Under the pieces are notes generated by a model. The model was not told the origin of the DNA. It saw only the letters and a list, made by a program, of their open reading frames with translations, and did not search any database. Made by a program: the position numbers and the translations under genes. Of a stretch of DNA of 64,000 bases, positions 58,872 to 64,000 are shown in pieces. Each line of letters opens with the position of its first letter. Position 1 is the first letter of the stretch. Source of the DNA: a virus; IMG/VR virus record IMGVR_UViG_3300032177_000002, positions 39,084 through 103,083 of that record; one strand, given 5' to 3'.

Positions 58872-59357
58872 CTACTGTCCTTTCTTCTTATCCAACGTTT
58901 TTCTTATTATTTTTGTAGCCGATTCCGTCCTAATTTTCATGTCGGTACTATCATATTCTGATCTCCTTGCTGCGCCCAATTGCATAAGCATACTTGCACG
59001 CATCTCAAATGCCTTTACGGCAGCCTTTAACACATCCGCATTATGCTGTGCATCCCTCAAATTAGCAGTAATCCTCTGATGATCTGCATGCGTCCTTACA
59101 AAAGACTTACATTCATTCTCTTTCGCATCATGATGATCCTGCCGGTACTCATCATATAGCTCATAAAAACTTATTTCTACCTGTTCTTCAAGTCCTCTAA
59201 CAACATCCTGCGTTCTAGCAGACAAAAAGGACCACCTTGCAAACAACGATGATTGTCGCGTAAATTCCATTTCCAAGTTGGATGTGATTGCTATTTGCTC
59301 CATCACCTCCAATTCTTTCTCTCCAAATTCATCCGGATTTTTTTCTATCTGTTTCAT
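58872..59357 (-). CDS. UvsY-like recombination mediator
   Basis: Helical; AFEMR..ML.QLG...R.E; next to SSB. Confidence 0.6.
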   Translation of the reverse strand: MKQIEKNPDEFGEKELEVMEQIAITSNLEMEFTRQSSLFARWSFLSARTQDVVRGLEEQVEISFYELYDEYRQDHHDAKENECKSFVRTHADHQRITANLRDAQHNADVLKAAVKAFEMRASMLMQLGAARRSEYDSTDMKIRTESATKIIRKTLDKKKGQ

Positions 59358-59370
59358 TTTTCCTTCCTAG

Positions 59371-62004
59371 TTACTTTGAACTTTCACCCCAATAATTTTC
59401 TACCTTACAGTCCACTTTAATTGGCATTGCGTACTTATGCTCCTTATCCTTTGGCAGTTCTGTCTCCATCCACTGCTTTATATACTTTATTGACTCCTCT
59501 ACATACTTCTTATTTACATTAAAAATAAGCGCATCATGCAATGACATCACCATTCTTAACGCAGGGATCCTTACTTTCTCAATCCCTATATAACACCTTG
59601 CCGTCGCCTCGCTTAAGAAGTCACTTCCTATACTCTGAATCTTACAGTTCAATGCCTCTCGCTTTATATGGGAAAAGTCTATATCATACCTTGCGGTTTG
59701 TTCCCCCCATTTTGACGTGAACCAATCAACACCGTGCAACCTACGTACTCTATTGTGCGTGTTTGTTATAAGTTCCATTTTGCATAACGCCTCTGATATC
59801 TGCTTCTCTCTAAATTCTGCTATCTTCCAGTATTTTGCGAAATACGCGTTCAATATCACCTGAACTTTTGCTACGCGCTCGACTCTTGGCATAGTTATAG
59901 GGAAAGCTTCTGGATTAGCGTCAGCAATCGCGCCAGAACCCCTACCGTAAGGAACACCAAAATTTACTCCTTTCGCTATAGCTCTTTCATCCTGCCCAAC
60001 CAAAGGTGATATTTTATCCAGTTCCTCTTGTGTTGGCATCCGCATCAACCTTGCTGTCACAGCCATAGATGTATGCAAATCCGCACCAGACAGCAATTCC
60101 TTGATCATTACTGTGTCATTACTTAACCATGCCATTATGCAGAGCTCTAACTTCGCGTAATCTGCTGATACAAGAACATCTCTGCCAGGAACGTCTGGTA
60201 CCAATATAGACCTTATACCGCCCGTCCTAGGTGCGGTTTGCAATGGCGGATCATCAGCAGATAATCGTCCTGTTCTAGTCTTTGTTAAGTTGTAGTTTGT
60301 ATGGATCCTATCGTATTCCTGAACCCATTGAAGGAATCCGCCTTTTGACTTTTTATTTTCTTCCGGTGATACACCATCCAAATAAACAGTTATAAACCTT
60401 TCTAGCTTACGTATTGTCAATACAGCTCTAGATAACGTAGCAGGTCTATCCTTACCCATCATAAGTGATCTAAGAACAAACTTATTTACGGATATTCTTC
60501 CTCCGGCTGTCTTTTTCGACAGATGCGCACCCATCTTTTTTAAAATAGCTCCAAGTTGCTGTGAACTATTATAATTAAATTTTTCTCCTTCCTCCTCTCC
60601 TAAAGTCCTATTTGCAATCCTACGAACTAACTTTACCTTTTTTCTTACATCTTTCCTATACGTATCAGCCAATTCCACTATCCGCTTCGTATCTATATGC
60701 ACTCCACGAAATTCCATATCAGCTATAGGCAAAATTAACCCTTCCTCTACCTTGTACACCTTGTCTAACTCCTTATCTTTTATCATCTTACTAAATAGCT
60801 GTTTCAACCTAAAGCATCCATCAACGTCATAACCGCAATACTTCCATAGAAGTTCGTCTGGCATCTCCCACGTTTTGAACTGCTTGTCAATCTTGTATTG
60901 ATCTGTCAACACGTCATAACGCATCCACCCTAAATACCATTGGCATAAAAATGTCAAATTATTCGGCTTGTTTTCGTCAATCACATAATGTGCTAGCATC
61001 GTATCAAAACCAATATTATATGGCCATATTCCGAGCAGTTTCCTTAAATGCTTGATATCAAACTTTAAATTTTGTCCATATAATACCGATTCCTGCAACG
61101 TTATTGCCAACTCATACAATATTTCTTTCTTTTCCGTTATCGACCAATATTGCAGTTTATTTTTAGCTAAAACAGGAAGAATTACTGCTAATCCTGATTT
61201 AAAACAAAATCCTATGCACATAACCTCAGCATTATGCGGATTAAGCGATGTTGTTTCTAAGTCAATTGCAAACCCGACTTTTCTTCTCAATCCAACTAAA
61301 AATTCTATGGTCTCGTCACGCGTTTTAAGTACTCTCACCTCCGTATCCGGCCATTTTAATGGCTCTTTACCACTTGCTAATTCTTTTGCAAGTAATAAGT
61401 CATAGACCATTAAGTCATCTAGTTCCCATGCCCTCAAACACGCAGCAGGATGATAAGTTGGTATTACATAACATGTATGCTCTAAATAATTGTCGTTATC
61501 TTCTGTATCTACAAACCAAAACGTTTTTCTTTCATAAAATCCTCTTGCTCTATAAACCCCGCTATTCTTTTTTATTGAGGAATCTCCTAACAGCGCATCT
61601 TTTGCAGTAGCCCCCATAGCTACTATTACTTTTGGTTTAAACTCAAGTATAACTTGAAGTAGATACGGCCAACATGCTTCTACTTCTTTCTTAGATGGTT
61701 TCTTATTTTTAGTAGGTCTACATCTTACCGCGTTCTCTATTCTAGATTCCTTCCTTTTCAACCCAGCACGATGCAGAATATAATTTAATTTATATCCTGC
61801 ATCTCCAACGAAAACCCTCCCGCATTCAGCCTCTCCTTCCCCAAGCGCCTCACCAACCAGCATGATCCCAGACTTACCAGTTCCGCTTCCTTCGCAGCAT
61901 ACTGTGCGGGAAAATGCGTGTAGTTTACACCTTTTGCATGTTTGGTTTGCATTTAACATTTTTTTATTAAAGGACGGTACGTTTCCCAGCTGCGGAGAGA
62001 GCAA
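59371..62004 (-). CDS. Family A DNA polymerase with N-terminal family-4 uracil-DNA glycosylase domain
   Basis: CxxC..GEALG..FVG.AG..CRP..YHP (UDG); DLETT (exo); TGRLS, DY..LEL, K..NFG..YG, HD. Confidence 0.95.
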   Translation of the reverse strand: MLSPQLGNVPSFNKKMLNANQTCKRCKLHAFSRTVCCEGSGTGKSGIMLVGEALGEGEAECGRVFVGDAGYKLNYILHRAGLKRKESRIENAVRCRPTKNKKPSKKEVEACWPYLLQVILEFKPKVIVAMGATAKDALLGDSSIKKNSGVYRARGFYERKTFWFVDTEDNDNYLEHTCYVIPTYHPAACLRAWELDDLMVYDLLLAKELASGKEPLKWPDTEVRVLKTRDETIEFLVGLRRKVGFAIDLETTSLNPHNAEVMCIGFCFKSGLAVILPVLAKNKLQYWSITEKKEILYELAITLQESVLYGQNLKFDIKHLRKLLGIWPYNIGFDTMLAHYVIDENKPNNLTFLCQWYLGWMRYDVLTDQYKIDKQFKTWEMPDELLWKYCGYDVDGCFRLKQLFSKMIKDKELDKVYKVEEGLILPIADMEFRGVHIDTKRIVELADTYRKDVRKKVKLVRRIANRTLGEEEGEKFNYNSSQQLGAILKKMGAHLSKKTAGGRISVNKFVLRSLMMGKDRPATLSRAVLTIRKLERFITVYLDGVSPEENKKSKGGFLQWVQEYDRIHTNYNLTKTRTGRLSADDPPLQTAPRTGGIRSILVPDVPGRDVLVSADYAKLELCIMAWLSNDTVMIKELLSGADLHTSMAVTARLMRMPTQEELDKISPLVGQDERAIAKGVNFGVPYGRGSGAIADANPEAFPITMPRVERVAKVQVILNAYFAKYWKIAEFREKQISEALCKMELITNTHNRVRRLHGVDWFTSKWGEQTARYDIDFSHIKREALNCKIQSIGSDFLSEATARCYIGIEKVRIPALRMVMSLHDALIFNVNKKYVEESIKYIKQWMETELPKDKEHKYAMPIKVDCKVENYWGESSK

Positions 62005-62080
62005 CGATAGTTTCCTCCCACTATAGGATAGGAGGCATATTTATCTCCCTTATGGGACTTATACACTGGGAAACGTACCG
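61975..62080 (-). promoter_or_regulatory. Structured 5' leader of DNA polymerase
   Basis: 15-bp inverted repeat enclosing hairpins that cover the GGAGG SD. Confidence 0.6.
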
Positions 62081-62321
62081 ATAAATTTTCTTCTTTGTCA
62101 TCGTGCTCTAATCATATTTTTAGCATAAGTATAAAAAAAATCAATAGCAAACCGACATCATAATCTATATTTTTTCATTTATAAAAAATACACTGACCAA
62201 CAGCCTTTTGTTTTTGGTATTACAATGTAGTAGAATTCCAGTATTTACACACTAAATATTTCAGTGTCTAACATATTCGTACATAAGCAACAAACATTAT
62301 CACAAAGTAAAGGGCCAACGA

Positions 62322-63188
62322 ATGCAAGCATATTTGGATATAGTAAATTACGTGCTACAAAATGGTAAATTTAAAAATAATCGTACAGGTATTGGCACAT
62401 ACACAGTAACCGGATACATGTTCCAACATGATATGCAAATAGGATTCCCTTTACTCACAACAAAACAAGTCGGATTTTGCACCGTCGCATCAGAATTAGA
62501 ATTTTTCATTAAAGGATTAACCGATAAAAGATGGCTTCAAAAACGAAATAATCACATCTGGGATGAATGGGCAACTCCAACAAAAGCTGCCTACGGAAAC
62601 AGTGATATCGATAAATCAATCATGGCAAAAGAAACAGACTTAGGTCCAATCTACGGCTACCAGTGGCGGTACTGGGGTACTAAGTACACCAACAGTACTA
62701 CTAGATACTACGATACTGGTATAGACCAGCTAACATGGGTAGTAGCGGAGCTGAAGCGTAATCCCGAGTCCAGGCGTATGCTGGTATCCGCATGGAATGT
62801 AGACGATATACCTAGTATGGCTCTACCACCATGCCACTACGCATGGCAGGTTACCGTAGTAGATGGGAAGCTGAATCTGTTATGGAATCAACGTTCAGTT
62901 GACACAATGCTAGGGTTACCATTCAACATAGCTAGCTATGGATTATTATTGCACTTACTATCAAAAGAAACTCGCATTCCTGCAGGTAAGCTTGTAGGAT
63001 TTCTTGCGGATACCCACGTGTACGAGAACCACGTAGATGGGGCTAGGGAGCAGTTGTCACGAAACGTAAGACAATTACCTACAATCTCAACTCCTGAATT
63101 TAAATCAATTTTTGACTGGGAGTACAAGCATTCGAAAATACACGACTATAACCCGCATCCACGTATAAAATTTGACGTTGCAGTGTAG
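62322..63188 (+). CDS. thyA: Thymidylate synthase
   Basis: RTG, FPLLTTK, LGPIYGYQWR, MALPPCH, QRSVD..LGLPFN, HVY.NH. Confidence 0.97.
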   Translation: MQAYLDIVNYVLQNGKFKNNRTGIGTYTVTGYMFQHDMQIGFPLLTTKQVGFCTVASELEFFIKGLTDKRWLQKRNNHIWDEWATPTKAAYGNSDIDKSIMAKETDLGPIYGYQWRYWGTKYTNSTTRYYDTGIDQLTWVVAELKRNPESRRMLVSAWNVDDIPSMALPPCHYAWQVTVVDGKLNLLWNQRSVDTMLGLPFNIASYGLLLHLLSKETRIPAGKLVGFLADTHVYENHVDGAREQLSRNVRQLPTISTPEFKSIFDWEYKHSKIHDYNPHPRIKFDVAV

Positions 63189-63246
63189 ACTTTTCTTCAA
63201 ATTTCCTAATAAAACATAATAAATCCAATTTAAGACGTCTGTGATA

Positions 63247-63315
63247 CTCAAGAAGGTGCCTTAAATTATTTTAAGCTTCATTATAAGGGTTACCCATTTA
63301 AGGCACCTTCTTGAG
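63247..63315. repeat. 20-bp perfect inverted repeat, 29-nt spacer
   Basis: CTCAAGAAGGTGCCTTAAAT / ATTTAAGGCACCTTCTTGAG. Confidence 0.9.
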
Positions 63316-63457
63316 CCGTATACGAATCGTAGAAGGTATCGCAGAACTTTTTTGAGGCTTGAGATCGTTCTGGGGCGGAGCCCCATTTTTTACATCCTGC
63401 AGTAGTGGTAGTAGTGCAGTACCAAGTATATACTACCACTACAGAGTAAGTATTACC

Positions 63458-63925
63458 ATGATAACGATTATAGCAGCTGTATCCAGCAATTGGTGTATAG
63501 GTCTTGATGGGAAGATACCATGGAGTATCCCTGATGATATGAAACACTTCCGGGATACTACTACTGGTGGAGTTGTAGTTATGGGTAGGAAAACATGGGA
63601 GTTCCTGCCAAGTAAACATAAACCCCTACCTATGCGTACCAACGTAGTACTAACACGTACTAGTGAGTATATACTACCAGTAGGAGTTATACGTGCTGAG
63701 TCTCTACACGAAGTAAGTACTATGTATAAGCATATATTCGTAATAGGTGGTGCTAACGTGTACAAGCAAGCTCTAAGTACTGCTACAAGCATGATACTCA
63801 CTATAGTAAATGCAGTAGTACATGGTGACACGTACTTTCCTGTAGTAGATTGGAATACTTGGGTACTATTATCTGAGCAGCACTATAGTACGTACTCCAT
63901 AAGATCGTATGCGCGCGCATTGTAG
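63458..63925 (+). CDS. folA: Dihydrofolate reductase
   Basis: IG..GKIPW.IP.DMKHF, MGRKTW, PLP.R.N.V, IGGA.VY, GDTYFP. Confidence 0.96.
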   Translation: MITIIAAVSSNWCIGLDGKIPWSIPDDMKHFRDTTTGGVVVMGRKTWEFLPSKHKPLPMRTNVVLTRTSEYILPVGVIRAESLHEVSTMYKHIFVIGGANVYKQALSTATSMILTIVNAVVHGDTYFPVVDWNTWVLLSEQHYSTYSIRSYARAL

Positions 63926-63932
63926 TACTTAC

Positions 63933-64000
63933 TATACCTATATTAGTATTATATATTAGTACGTTAGTATATACCTATATTAGTATTATATATTAGTACG
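63933..64000 (+). repeat. 31-bp AT-rich direct repeat x2 (may continue past window)
   Basis: TATACCTATATTAGTATTATATATTAGTACG at 63933 and 63970. Confidence 0.85.

Noticed and set aside
61975-62080. tRNA gene
   Set aside because: Multi-stem but lacks T-loop and D-loop consensus and a 7-bp acceptor geometry

Overview
A 64-kb slice of a large, ~40% GC tailed dsDNA phage with a contractile (myovirus-type) tail. No integrase, tRNA, CRISPR array or reverse transcriptase was found. Almost all genes are on the minus strand. 1-26 kb: morphogenesis (terminase, PBSX-type portal, gpF-like head protein, split XkdF-type protease/scaffold, major capsid, fibres/cement, neck, sheath, tube, tail chaperone with a -1 slippery site, start of the tape measure). 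26-36.7 kb: accessory genes, including two FGE-sulfatase/CLec-fold paralogues whose 3' ends carry the signature of DGR variable repeats (no template or RT in the window), four SH3/KOW-like paralogues and a Csx20-like putative ring nuclease. 36.7-38.6 kb: non-coding block with 43-bp repeats, palindromes, a C-rich tract and a TTAGGG-like tract (origin or terminus candidate). 38.6-43.2 kb: early-gene-like module with four copies of a conserved promoter, three apparently leaderless. 43.5-64 kb: nucleotide metabolism and replication/recombination (dUTPase, KhpA-like, RuvC-like, ParB-methylase with intein, SbcCD, RecA with intein, 5'-3' exonuclease, SSB, UDG-PolA fusion with a structured leader, thyA, DHFR). 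All family assignments come from motif recognition by eye, not database searches.
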